NCBI GenBank assembly: GCA_009914755.4
Contig: CP068257.2
Coordinates: forward strand, 40,480,001-40,544,000
Length of the DNA stretch: 64,000 nucleotides
Reading direction: 5' to 3'
DNA from: the human T2T-CHM13v2.0 reference genome, Homo sapiens
Below are positions 15,540 through 27,172 of the stretch, piece by piece. The notes below the pieces were generated by a model that saw only the letters and a program-made list of their open reading frames with translations, had not been told where the DNA came from and made no database searches. Within the stretch, counting starts at the first letter, position 1; each line of letters starts with the position of its first letter. A program made the translations under genes and the position numbers.

Positions 15540-15900
15540 GTGGCCCCCTCCAAAAAGATATGTTCACCTGGAACTTCAGAATGTGACCTTATTTAGAATA
15601 AGGGTGTTTGCAGACACGATTAAGTTAAGGATGTCAAGATGAGGTCCTCCTGCCGTTGGATTTGGGTTGGCCTGAAGTTCAGTGACAAGTGTTCTTATAC
15701 GAGACAAGAGGAGGAGACACAGACACAGAGGCCAAGATTGGAGTGATGCAGCCACAAGCCAAAGGACTCCTGGAGCCACAAGATAAGACACTGGAAGAGG
15801 CCTGGGAAAGCCCCTTTCCTAGAGCCCCAGAGGGAGGGCGGCCCTGCTGACACCTGGAGTTTGGACTTCGCCTCCGGAACGGCGGGAATACATCTGTGCT
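15540..15900 (-). repeat. Copy of the same ancient interspersed repeat family as 4940..5745, antisense
   Basis: …cagaatgtgaccttatttagaataagggtgtttgcagacacgattaagttaaggatgtcaagatgaggtcc… is the reverse complement of the ccaaataaggtcacattctgag / ttataaggacacc core. Confidence 0.4.
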
Positions 15901-18900
15901 GTTTCAGGCCCCCCAGCTGGTGTGTTTGTGATGGCAGCCACAGGAGACCCGTGTCTTGCACCTCTAGGACTGGATGAATCCATTGTAAGCATTCGCAGCA
16001 CCCCACTCCCCACGCTGTTCAGTGGTCCTGCAGAAGTTATTAAGCTCCTTCTGCAGGCTCTTGCCCGGCAGGGTCCCGGGCAGGCTGTGGCCTGCTTCCT
16101 CCACATTTCAGAGCTGAGGTGCTGGTGCGGGCAGGTCTCCTGAGCTGGGGGGTCAGCTGTGTGGCCAGTGATGGTGACGCCTCAGGCCGTGCATGGCCGG
16201 GGAGGCGGCCCTGCCTCTGCACTCTTTTGACTCCATGACTACTGGTGTCTTCGGACGCCAGAGTCGGGGGAGCAACCATGGGGCACCGCCCCTGCCTGGG
16301 GAGGCAGCACGAGGCCTGAGCCCAGCTTACAGGGGGACATCCACCCCCGCTGAGAGCCCCACCTTCACGGCGAGGATCTGTAGAAGAAGACATTTGATAT
16401 TACTCGGCAAAAAAAACAAGAAACGAAAACACAAAAAGAGCTCCTCTGAAGAAGAAAAGGTATTTGCGCTGTGGTCCACCTAGAAATAATGTTGTTGGCA
16501 CAACTAGAGCATTCCTCAGTCATTCAGGAGCACTCCCTGCCGGTGCGTCCACATGTCCCAACCCCGATAGATGAGGCGCTGTTCGCCCGTGGAGGGGTCA
16601 GGTTGTCGTGACCTTATCTTTACCCTTAGGCCGTCCATCCCGGGGCCTGGGGTTTCCTGCGCCAGTCACGGTGGGCTGTGTAGGTGGCCATGTGTTCGGT
16701 CTTTCCCCAGGAGGTACGTACCATGTGCTGGGAGGCCTGGAGGCTGAGCCGCCCCCCGCGCCTATGAGTTGCACCCTCACAGCGGCGGCCAAACCTCCTG
16801 CTCACTTTGCCCCATAGGAAGAGGTTAGAGTGAGGCGGAACGGGTTGGAATCCCAGCTCTGACACTCACTCACTGTGGGATGCTGCACAAATGACTTCCT
16901 CTCCCTGGGCCTCAGTATACTCATCTGTGGAATGAGATTACAGCAACATCCCACCTCCTATGGCGATGGAGTAAATTAAGGCACAATGCCTGTGTGGGTT
17001 TAGCCCAGTGCCTGTGCATGGCGACAGTGCATTTCTGATGGCCCCTCCAGCGTTCAGGGCTAACTCTTCCAGGATTAACTTTCATATCTTGGATGAGAGC
17101 TCATCTAGGAAGGTCTCCTAGCAACCCCTGGGTTCCCACTGGTCCTTCCGCCTCACGGGGCTCCTTTTTGAACCCCTCACATCATTTCCATTCAATCTCT
17201 TGCTCCTAACAGCACGGCCCCTATTCCTTCTCTTTCCCAACATCTGCTCTCAGGAGAGATTCTCATACAGTGTGCATTTGTTCTAGAGTGAGGGTCATCA
17301 CTGGGCTTCTATGAGGCACCGCTGTGAACCCTCTGCACCGACCTTAGCCAGAGGAGCAGGACTCCCACCGGCATCCTTCTGCGTAAGAGGCCTTGTGGGT
17401 CTTCTGGGGCTCTGGAATCAACGCCGCTTTTCCTGGGGCCAGAGTAGGTGGACCTGAGCTCCCCAAAGCTTCCAGTTTGCTGCCTGCTCCCACCCGCCTC
17501 GCCACTGCGCGAGCCCTTTCCATCCCCTCTGCAGAGTGAGAGAAGGGCCGTGAGTGAGGATCCTGGCCTAGGGCTGTCACCATCCCCCTCACCTGCTGGC
17601 CAGGCTAACCTACTGCAGGCTGCTTCCTTTCCTTAGGTTCACGGGTACCGCTATTTGTCCAGCGTCCATTTGCGGTGGCATTAGGATGAGGTGCTCTGTG
17701 CCCTCTTTCTCCCAGTGTGAATCTGACACACGCCCCCAGGAGAGTCCGAGGGGCATCACTTCTGGAGGACGCCCTGGGCCCTGAAAGACAGCTCATGGTC
17801 CAACTGAGGAGCCTGCACCTTGCTGGGACAGGGTGGCCCAGGAGATCTGGGGTCTGTACCTGCTCCTGGACCCTCTCCAGCTTGTTGTTCTGGGTGGGGC
17901 CAGCTCAGGAGGGGCACCTGGGCTGGGAGTCTCTGAAGCAGCTGCCCCCATTGCTCCAGGAGAGGGCTCAGCCCTTGTCCCAGCTGCGGGGCCAGTGGGA
18001 GCAGTGTGCAGCGTCCTGCCCTGGGCTCTCGCTGGCTCTGCGCCCTCGCCTGGCCAGCCCGGGAGGGTGCAGAGGCTCACTGGCAGCTCTTCCTGCTCCC
18101 ACACCTGCCTCTTCCTCTGAACTGGAGGGCCGGCAAGCCTCAAGGCTTAATGCAAGACTAAATACAGCTGTCAGCGCCTTCCTCTGAGCTCGCTTGGGAG
18201 CTGTCTGGGGGGACGGAGGAGTGAAGATTAGGTGAATCACCACGCCCCAAAATAGACATCAGGTGCTTGGTGGTTTGAGCCAGCGTCTTGCCTGGTGCCT
18301 CTGCTGTCCTCCGTGGACTGCAGCCCAGCCAGCCTAGGCTCCAACCCCAACCCGGAGCACCCCCAGGAGAGTTACCTGTAGGCTGGAGGTTGAGTAGCAC
18401 CCCAGGAAGAGGTGTGGGTTGGCACCAGCAGTGTTCTGATGGCAAGGCAGCCCCCAGGCCATGCTAGGGTGGTGGCATAGCTGTTGTGGCAGCTGACGAG
18501 CTTGCTGTTCTCCAGGGAAGCTGCTTCTGTGGAGACCGCAGGAAGCACAACAGAAAAAAACCCACAAAACGAGCCTCAGAGCACTCAGCAGCAGGGTTTT
18601 CTTTGCCCAGAACTGAACTGGTCCTGCATCGTGGCTTAAATTCCACCTGAATTGGAACTTCTCTGGCATGCCGGGTGTGGGTTCGTTCCCGAGCACCTCC
18701 ACCCGCAGCTCTACAGAAGCACGCGCAGAAGGCACTGTCACCTCCAGCAGGGCCTGGCCCTGACGACCTCGGCTCAGCCACCCCATGGGAGCTACATTGT
18801 CCTTGTCCTCACCTTCATTCCCCTCAGGCGGGCCCCCCGGTGACATGACATCACAAGTCTTTGGGCACAGGAGGAGGGACATACCTGTGGAGACACCCGG

Positions 18901-18914
18901 GTGCTCTAGAATAT

Positions 18915-19262
18915 GGCGCGGGAAGTTCATGTTGTACTCCGCTGGACCCCACCCCCGGCGTGGGAAGTTCATGTTGTACTCAGGCTGACCCCCACCCCCC
19001 CCACGAGAGAAGTCCATGTTATACTCAGGCTGACCCCCACTCCTGGCATGTAAAGCTGGTGTTATGCTCAGCTGGACCCCCACCCCCGGTGTGGAAAGCT
19101 CATGTTATACTCCACTGGCCCCCACCCCCGGCGTGGAAAGCTGGTGTTATACTCCGCTGGACCCCCACCCCCGGCGTGGAAAGCTGGTGTTATACTCCGC
19201 TGGACCCCCACCCCCCATGCGGAAAGTTCACGTTATACTCAGCTGTGTCCCCACCCCTGGCT
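18915..19262. repeat. 42-bp minisatellite x ~8 (GGGAAGTTCATGTTGTACTCCGCTGGACCCCACCCCCGGCGT-like units)
   Basis: Period 42 measured (GGAAG at 18921 and 18963). The unit length is a multiple of 3, which produces the long spurious ORFs 18861..19418 (+) and 18334..19083 (-). Confidence 0.85.
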
Positions 19263-19641
19263 CAGTTACTTTCCTATTTCTTGGTTGAGACACTAAGTAT
19301 TGGAGAATGTTGGCACATCAAAGAGAGAGGAGAAAACATTTCAAGTTTTGGGTGTGGAAACAGAATAAAGAAGAGAGGGCTACATGCACACCCATGGGTG
19401 CTAATATTTAAGGAATGAACATTTCCTAATCTTTGCCCCCAAATAAGCCAACCAATGTGAAGGTGGGCACAGGCAGGCCGTAAGGTTGTCATGAGAGTGT
19501 TGGACGGATGCCCCAAAATGCCCCTGCTCCCGGCCGTTCACTGCAAAGACGGCTAGGAAGGACTCCTTCCAGCATGGGTCTGTCTTCTGATCACTCTTTG
19601 GCTGTTTTCTCATGGGTTTTGATTGTGTCTCCCCCTGGCAG

Positions 19642-19779
19642 ACTGGGACGAGTGTGTGGACAGCGCGGAACACGACTGCTCACCGGCTGCCTGGTGCATC
19701 AACCTGGAGGGCTCCTACACCTGCCAGTGCCGTACCACCAGGGACGCCACCCCCTCCCGCGCAGGCCGGGCCTGTGAGG
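19642..19779 (+). CDS. UMODL1: UMODL1 coding exon, EGF-like domain 2 (DWDECVDSAEHDCSPAAWCINLEGSYTCQCRTTRDATPSRAGRACE); phase 1/1
   Basis: Acceptor ccccctggcag|ACTGGG and donor GAGG|gtacgt. 138 nt, the same length as the EGF3 exon. 6-Cys EGF pattern. In frame with ORF-track 19623..19886. Confidence 0.9.
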
Positions 19780-20959
19780 GTACGTGTCGACCCCCCTGCC
19801 GACTCTGGGAAGACCCCCTGCCCGAGAATCTGGGGGTGGGGCAAAGCCCAATTCTCCATAGGCACAGGGCTGAGGACCTATGGTAATGTTAGGGGCCTAC
19901 AGAAATGTTTTCATTTCAATTTATTTTAAAATCAGAAGAAAGAAATTAATAGAAGGATAGTAAATATACATAAAACAATGAATCTAGCTTGGATTACACT
20001 CATCTCTATCTAAATGCCATTATAAAATGTAATTTTTGATAGATTGTTAAGTGGAGGGGTGCAGGGGTCCATGAAGGCCAAGTTCCTTGGGCCCACAGAA
20101 GTCAGGATGCAGCCCGGGGTCGAGGGATTCCTTCCCCAGTGGCCTGGAGCCCGAGAGGGTGTGGCCTGGAGCCCGAGACAGTGTGGAAGCCCAGAGAAGC
20201 TGCAGAGAGGCCCGATGGGGGCCGCTGAGCTCTAGTCCTGCTGTATCGGCCCCCAGTCTTTTCTGTGGACCAGTTCTGATGAGTGGGTCGGGGATACCTG
20301 GGATGCTGAATTGAGCAGCAGGAGGAGGCCACGTAGGGACCTAAAATGCAGTGACTGATTAGCAATGTCGGCCCGGACACAGGCGTGGCAGAGGCGCCCA
20401 GCCACTGGCTTGCCAGCCCCTGCTGAGGGCTTTCTAGCTGGAAGGAGCAGCCGAGACCAGTTCCCTGGGGAGAATATTCCTTAGACACTGCGTGTGCTGT
20501 CCTGCTTCCTAACATCCCACACCTTGTCTTCTGTTTTTCTCATTCGCCTAATGTCCTGCAAGTCGATGACAGCATCCAGCACCAAGTCCCACATTGAGCA
20601 CAAATCTGGGGGAAATTGTCCCATTTTCCCAGAGTCCTGATGGATTAATCTGAGGCCTATGAGAACCAAGCCCTGCATTCAAGCCCGGGTTTTGTAGCCC
20701 CCCGGGTGGATCCCTCACCCTCAACTTCAGTTTCCTCATTTATCCAGTGGAGAGGCGTGATTTGCCTTCAGAGAGCCCCGGGGAGGCTGCAAACATGGGC
20801 CCAGGAAACACTCCTGAACGCTGGCGCCCGCCTGCGTCCCTGGCCAGGTCCACTCCGGGATGCAGAACAGTCCTGCTGGACGGCCATGCTGCCCTCCTGG
20901 GAGGGCTCTTACTCGTGGGTGGGATCCAGCAGGCTCTGACAGTGGATGTGTCTTGGCAG

Positions 20960-21790
20960 GTGACCTGGTGAGCCCCACGGGCGGTGGACTGTCTGCGGCA
21001 ACAGGGGTAACGGTCCCAGGTCTTGGCACGGGAACAGCAGCCCTCGGCCTAGAGAACTTCACCTTGTCACCCAGTCCTGGGTACCCTCAGGGCACCCCGG
21101 CAGCAGGCCAGGCCTGGACCCCAGAGCCCTCACCCAGAAGAGGGGGCAGCAATGTGGTCGGGTATGACAGGAACAACACAGGAAAAGGCGTGGAGCAGGA
21201 GGTGCCCAGCACTGCCCCGGGTCTGGGGATGGACCAGGGGAGCCCCAGCCAGGTGAACCCCAGCCAGGGGAGCCCCAGCCAGGGGAGCCTCAGACAGGAG
21301 AGTACCAGCCAGGCGAGCCCCAGCCAGAGGAGCACCAGCCAGGGGAGCCCCAGCCAGGTGAACCCCAGCCAGGGGAGCACCAGCCACGCGAACTCCAGCC
21401 AGGGGAGCCCCAGCCAGGGGAGCCCCAGCCAGGAGAGCCCCAGCCAGGGGAGCACCAGCCAGGCGAGCCCCAGCCATAGGAACACTATCGGGGTGATAGG
21501 CACCACCTCCTCCCCGAAGGCTCCTGGGTCAACCCACAGCTTCCCTCCTGGGGCCACAGATGGCCCACTGGCCCTCCCTGGACAGCTACAGGGAAACTCC
21601 ACCATGGAGCCACCCTCCTGGCCTTCCCCTACTGAGGACCCCACCGGCCACTTCCTGTGGCATGCCACCCGTTCCACCCGGGAAACACTTCTGAATCCCA
21701 CGTGGCTGCGAAATGAGGACAGTGGACCCTCCGGTTCTGTAGACCTGCCATTGACCTCCACCCTCACAGCTCTGAAGACCCCCGCCTGTG
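20960..21790 (+). CDS. UMODL1: UMODL1 coding exon, long Ser/Pro/Gln/Thr-rich mucin-like linker (GDLVSPTGGGLSAATG…QGSPSQVNPSQGSPSQGS…TSTLTALKTPAC), with an internal 15-bp (5-aa) coding repeat; phase 1/1
   Basis: Acceptor gtcttggcag|GTGACC and donor TGTG|gtgagt at 21791. 831 nt open in the frame of ORF-track 20860..21894. The track ORF extends past both splice sites as intronic read-through. The ~16 repeats of (A/G)SPSQ-like pentapeptides are encoded by 21236..21478. Confidence 0.85.
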
Positions 21791-22194
21791 GTGAGTTCCT
21801 CGAATGGTGCATGGGGATTAGGACTAATAGGACCCATAGCCTGTGTGAGCCTCTGGGGCAAAGCTCCTGCAGCCGTGGAGTCGCAGGCTGCTAGCAATGC
21901 TCAGGCGGCATCCTCATCTTGTGCGTGTGGAAACGGAGGCACCCAGCAGCTGGTTTCTAGTTGAGTTAGGAAGACAGCTTGGTCCCCTTGCCTGTCCCAG
22001 ATCTCTCTTCCCCATCTCTTAGGGCTCCCTGTCTGCAGCAGCTGGGGCGGAGGTCTGCCTTCAGGAGCAGGCTTTGGGCCTTACTTGTCGCGTTAGGTGC
22101 TGGAGCCATCCCCTGAGGTGTTGCCCACCCCCGCTGTCCTGCCTCCTAGCAGAACTGTGTCCCGGCCCCGATCAGTGTGATGACACCCCCACAA

Positions 22195-22955
22195 CAACTC
22201 TGCACCCCCCCAGTAATGCTGCACTCCCATAGCTGTTCTGCACCCCTCAGCTGTTCCGTCACCCTGCCAAGCATTCTGCAGCCCTGCAGCTGCTCTGCAC
22301 ACCAAGGTGTGCTGCACCCCAGCTTTTCTGCACCCCCGGCTCTTCTGTACTCCCAGCTGTTCTGCACCTCCCCAGCTGTTCTGTATCTCCCCAGCTGCTC
22401 TGTATCTGCCTAGCTGTTCTATATGCCCCAGAGATTCTGCATTTCCCCAGCTGTTCTGCACCCCCAGCTGTTCTGCACCTCCCCAGTTCTTCTGCACCCC
22501 CAGCTGTTCTGCATCCCCAGCTGTTCTGTATCTGCCCAGCTGCTCTGTATCTCCCCAGCTGCTCTGTTTCTGTCCAGCTGTTCTATATGCCCCAGAGATT
22601 CTGTATCTCCCCAGCTGTTCTGCACCCCCAGCTGTTCTGTACCCCCAGCTGTTTTGTACCTCCCAGCTCTTCTGTATCTCCCCAGCTCTTCTGTATCTCC
22701 CCACTGTTCTGCACCTCCATAGGTGTTCTGCACCTCCCCAGCTGTTTTGTGCCCCCTCAGCTGTTCTGCACCCACAGTTCTGTAGTTCCCCAGCTGTTCT
22801 TCACCCCAGATATTGAACCTCTGCAGATGCTCTGGATTGTCAGCTGTTCCGTACCCCCAGTTGTTTTTTTACCCCCTAAGTGTTCTGTACCCCCATCTGC
22901 TCTACACATCCAGAGTTCCTGCACCCCCCAGCTGTTATGCACCTCTAGTCCTACC
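22195..22955. repeat. 17-bp minisatellite x ~44 (CAGCTGTTCTGCACCCC consensus; every unit carries a CAGCTG E-box palindrome). Intronic, ~400 bp downstream of the mucin-like exon.
   Basis: Period 17 verified, e.g. CAGCTG at 22448 and 22465. Unit variants include CTGTATCTCCCCAGCTG and TTCTGCACCTCCCCAG. All six frames are open, e.g. ORFs 22307..22816, 22423..22722 and 22093..22704. Confidence 0.9.
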
Positions 22956-23652
22956 GTAACCCCCAGCAATTCCATGTTACTTGTAGAAGATTTAGCCATC
23001 ACCAAACCCCCAGGTGACATCTCAGGAGATTCACAGCAGGAATCTGTGCAGGAGTTGGATCTCGGCCGTGACAGCCCTGTGAGCTTGCAGAGCTAGCCTG
23101 CCTCTGGATTTCATCCAAATGAGCTGTCAAATGTGATCTTCCTCAATGCATTTCCTCTGCTAAGCAGCACAGGCTCTAAGACTAAACTCTTAGCCCATGT
23201 AAGTCAGTATTACCGAGGGACCTGGGGTCTTCCTGTAAGAATGGCTCTCTAGCCAGCATTGTCACCAATGTCAACTCCTAGTTGGACCCTGGGTAAATCC
23301 ACCCAGGGGTCAAGAGTAGACAGTCCATCTGAGGCGCCACCAAGAACCTGCCCAAGAGGCCTTCATTTTGGGGAGTCCAGGGGCCTCAGGGATGTATATG
23401 AACCATCTGCTGAAACAAAACAAAATCAGAAGCCATTTGCTATCATCCCAAGGAGGGGCAAGGATGCAGGCCCAGGAAGCCCGGGCTTGGGAGGTTTGTA
23501 CAGGATCCTACTCACCCATCACCTCGGCGGCCATCACCTGCAAATCGCTCATGTCCCCATGGTGATGAATTTGATTTTTGGCATTGGGCGAGGCTTCTTT
23601 TCTCCTAGAAATGGCTTGATTGTAATTTTGGTGTTTATATTCCACTTCCCAG

Positions 23653-23910
23653 TTCCTGTCTCCATTGGGAGGATCATGGTCTCCAATGTGACCAGCACCG
23701 GCTTCCACCTGGCATGGGAGGCGGATCTTGCTATGGACTCCACCTTCCAGCTCACTCTGACTTCCATGTGGAGCCCTGCTGTGGTCCTAGAGACCTGGAA
23801 CACGAGTGTGACACTGTCGGGGCTGGAGCCTGGGGTCTTGCACCTGGTTGAGATCATGGCCAAAGCATGTGGGAAAGAAGGTGCCAGAGCTCATCTGAAA
23901 GTGAGGACAG
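23653..23910 (+). CDS. UMODL1: UMODL1 coding exon, fibronectin type III domain 2 (VPVSIGRIMVSNVTSTGFHLAWEADLAMDSTFQLTLTSMWSPAVVLETWNTSVTLSGLEPGVLHLVEIMAKACGKEGARAHLKVRT); phase 1/1
   Basis: Acceptor ccacttcccag|TTCCTG and donor ACAG|gtaatg. 258 nt. In frame with ORF-track 23259..23984. Paralogous to exon 9006..9260. Confidence 0.88.
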
Positions 23911-25952
23911 GTAATGGGCTTCCATTTGTTTTTAAAGAGAGGAACAAAAAGTATGAAAAAGACTTTCTGTGGGTTAAGGCTTAAGAGAGCTGGATTTGTT
24001 TATGGGCTGCTAGGTGTCATTGTTCTTCTCAGCTTAGGGACATCCGGCTGGCTTCAGCAGGCGTGCAATGACGGCCAGACAGGAGGTGGCTTATTCAGGA
24101 AAAGGCATTAGGCAGCCCACGGGTATGGAGGCGGCAGCAGAGTGCCATAGACTGCGCCTGGAAGGCTGCGGGTGCGGCTCACCCATGTCCTCCGGGGGAG
24201 GCAGCATGGAAAATGCATGCGGTGCTCATCTGTTGAGCTGCATCCACTCCCTCTGATCTCAACAGTCCTACAGAGGACTTGGCTTTCAGGAAGGACATCA
24301 ACAGACAATCGGCAGTCACATGGATGATCTGTGAGCAGCCTGCCAGAGCCTGGGGCCACAAAGTAAAGAATTGAGCAATAATGAATCAAACATAGACTCC
24401 ACTGCGTTCCAGCTGGACAGTGACAATATTACACATATTTGGATGAAATTCCTCTTTTCTTTTCATTAGCATCGCTACCTGGGTATTTTCTTATGTGTAC
24501 CTTACCTGGGTAGTCAAGAGCGTGTCTGATGTTGCAAGCTGGTTTTCACGCCATGGGCAGCTTCCCAAGCGTTGATAGCAGTGGTCTGCACGGTGGGGCG
24601 CACACCCCTTGAGGGAGGTGTAGGATGGTTTCACACTGTGGGCAGCATTGACAGCAGTGGTCTGCACAGTGGGGCGCACACCCCTTGAGAGAGGCATAAG
24701 ATGGTCTATTGGGATGCAATAATAGAAGTTGAGAACTATGTATGTGCTTTAAAGTACTAATCAGCCATGGCCTGAGAAATTAGAGAACAGATGGAGTGCA
24801 TGACGTGAATTGTGCACGTTCACGAGCAGCTGGAGAGGAGGGAGATCAGTGCTGGCTGGACAGTCAGACAGGGTGGCTCTGGGGTCTGAGAGCCAGAGTT
24901 GGGCCTCTGAAGGTCTCAGCTGCTCTGGACGGGACAGGCTGCACGGGGGACCCCAAACCTGTGGGTGCACTTATACCTGCTCTCACCTGTGCACCTGTCC
25001 TGCTACTGATGGCTTTCAGACTGGGTTGCTCATGCCAGCCATGGAGACTGAACCAGAAGCCCTCAGGGGCAGCAACAACAATGATCTCAAGGACGTAGAG
25101 TTTGGGGTTCGCCCAGGAATGCATAGCAGAATGGCTCTGTGGTTTGTCTTAAACTTAGTGAGAAGCTCTGGGGAGATGGACTCTAAGCCCCCTGAGGGGA
25201 GAGCTGTGTCTTTCTCCTTCACTGTCTAGAATGCCTCTGGCGCATGGCAGGCGCTTTGCAAATATCTGGTGAGGGACTGACTGAACACTGGGGTGGCTGC
25301 CATGCCAGGGCCAGGATGGGATGGCGACATTCCTGGACCACATTTATGTGCCACATACTTCTAGAAGCCCTCTGCGGAGGGAAAAGATTCAGATGGAACA
25401 GATGATGCCAAAACAGGGACTGCCCATAGACCAGGGGAGGTGGGGCTGCTGGGGGAGGAAGAAGGACTGGCTCCAAACAAGACCCCTGGGCACCCTGTGG
25501 CCACGTGGACTCTGAGCAGAGGCCTGGCCAGGGCCCTAAGTCCTGTTATACCTGGGACAGCCCAGTTTGCACCCGTAGCCCTGGCAAAGTTATTTAATGG
25601 TGCCTCCACATGCTTCAAGTCATGCCAGCTTGCTGGGAAATTGTCTGAACCCCAGCATGGGGGAACGGCAGCAAGGAAGGAAGGCTATGTGTGGTGGGGA
25701 GACAGTTGCAGGGGCGAGCTGGCTCTGTGGCCTCTGGAAGGTTCTCCCACTGTGTTCAGGCTGTGTTCTGTGTCCTCTGGAATCTGATGGGCTGTGTCCC
25801 TGAGCCCTGGCACTATTCCTTCTTTCTAGAACACGGGTTGGCTTTGGTGTGATGCTCTTCCTGGACATGAAAATACATTTATTAATATTGAAATGTTAGT
25901 CTGTTATCTAATACAGCACCAATTCCAAATGTGCTTATCCTCCATCCTGCAG

Positions 25953-26065
25953 CAGCCCGGAAGCTCATTGGAAAGGTCAGAATCAAAAATGTCAGGTACT
26001 CAGAATCCTTTCGCAACGCAAGCAGCCAGGAGTATCGAGATTTCCTAGAACTATTCTTCAGGATG
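25953..26065 (+). CDS. UMODL1: UMODL1 coding exon, SEA domain 2 N-terminal part (AARKLIGKVRIKNVRYSESFRNASSQEYRDFLELFFRM); phase 1 in, phase 0 out
   Basis: Acceptor ctccatcctgcag|CAGCCC, with the alternative AG 3 nt downstream rejected on phase. Perfect donor ATG|gtgagt. 113 nt, identical in length and phase to SEA1 exon 12246..12358, and the peptide aligns to it (…RNASSQEYRDF… vs …NRSSVEYQDF…). Confidence 0.8.
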
Positions 26066-26133
26066 GTGAGTTGGTGATATCAGCCCTTAATTCCTTTCAG
26101 GAGGGAAAGGGTGGAAGGCTGATAGAATTCTAG

Positions 26134-26446
26134 GTTAGGCACGGTGGCTCACCCCTGTAATCCTAGCACTTTGGGAGGCAGAGGCGGGCAGATTGCCTGA
26201 GCTCAGGAGTTCAAGACCAGCCTGGGCAACATGGCAAAACCCCATCTCCACCAAAAAAAAAAAAAAAAAAAAAAATACAAAAAATGAGCCTGTCATGGTG
26301 GCGCATGTTTGTGACCTCAGCTACTCAGCAGGCTAAGGCAGGAGAATCTCTTGAACCCAGGAGGCAGAGGTTGCAGTAAGCCGAGATCGTGCCACTGCAC
26401 TCTAGCCTGGACAACAGAGTGAAACCCTGTGGGAAAAAAAAAAAAA
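26134..26446 (+). mobile_element. Alu SINE (sense) with internal A23 linker, A-tail and 9-10-bp TSD (gaattctag)
   Basis: gatAGAATTCTAG|gttaggcacggtggctcacccctgtaatcctagcactttgggaggc … gtgggaaaaaaaaaaaaa|GAATTCTAGtctc. Confidence 0.9.
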
Positions 26447-26871
26447 GAATTCTAGTCTCATCCAACTAGGAATTTGACCTATAGGTCCTATGAGCTCCTC
26501 ATTTCTGAAGGAAGCCAGGACGTTAAGCTCTGGCCTGACTCCCTGAGTGTCCCTGGATCTGCCCCGGCGAAGACACGGTTAGCAGACAGGAGGCACAACT
26601 CTTCCTCTGCTGCATCCTTACTTCACACTTCACTTTCTGTCCAGTGAAACCTGTTTTTCAGTTGTGGAACCTATGAAGCAGAAAGTCCCTCCACGGTTTT
26701 TTTTTTTTAAACCTGTAAAAAATGAGATTTATTTCACAGACCATAAAATCTACTTTTAAACTGTACAATTCAGTGGTTTAGACTATTTTGCAAAATTGTG
26801 CAACCATCACTACTAATTCCAGAACATTTTCATCACCCAAAAAGAAACCTTATACCCATTAGAAGTCACTC

Positions 26872-27172
<301 letters not shown>

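Noticed and set aside
18334-19083. 249-aa minus-strand ORF (the largest minus-strand ORF in the intron), plus the overlapping + ORF 18861..19418
   Set aside because: It spans the 42-bp minisatellite (period divisible by 3) plus GC-rich intron. The peptide is a repetitive GGGQPEYNMNFPRRG pattern with no domain. It is antisense and intronic to UMODL1, with no splice or start context.
20860-21894. 344-aa plus-strand ORF treated as a single gene
   Set aside because: Only 20960..21790 is exon, bounded by AG|G and G|GTGAGT in the correct phase relative to neighbouring exons. The rest is intronic read-through. The antisense ORFs 21087..21812 and 21130..21477 are low-complexity repeat artefacts.
22093-22816. 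Cluster of 100-200-aa ORFs on both strands (22093..22704, 22307..22816, 22423..22722, 22587..23096)
   Set aside because: All lie in the 17-bp CAGCTG minisatellite. Period 17 gives shifting pseudo-repetitive peptides, and there is no codon periodicity or splice signals.
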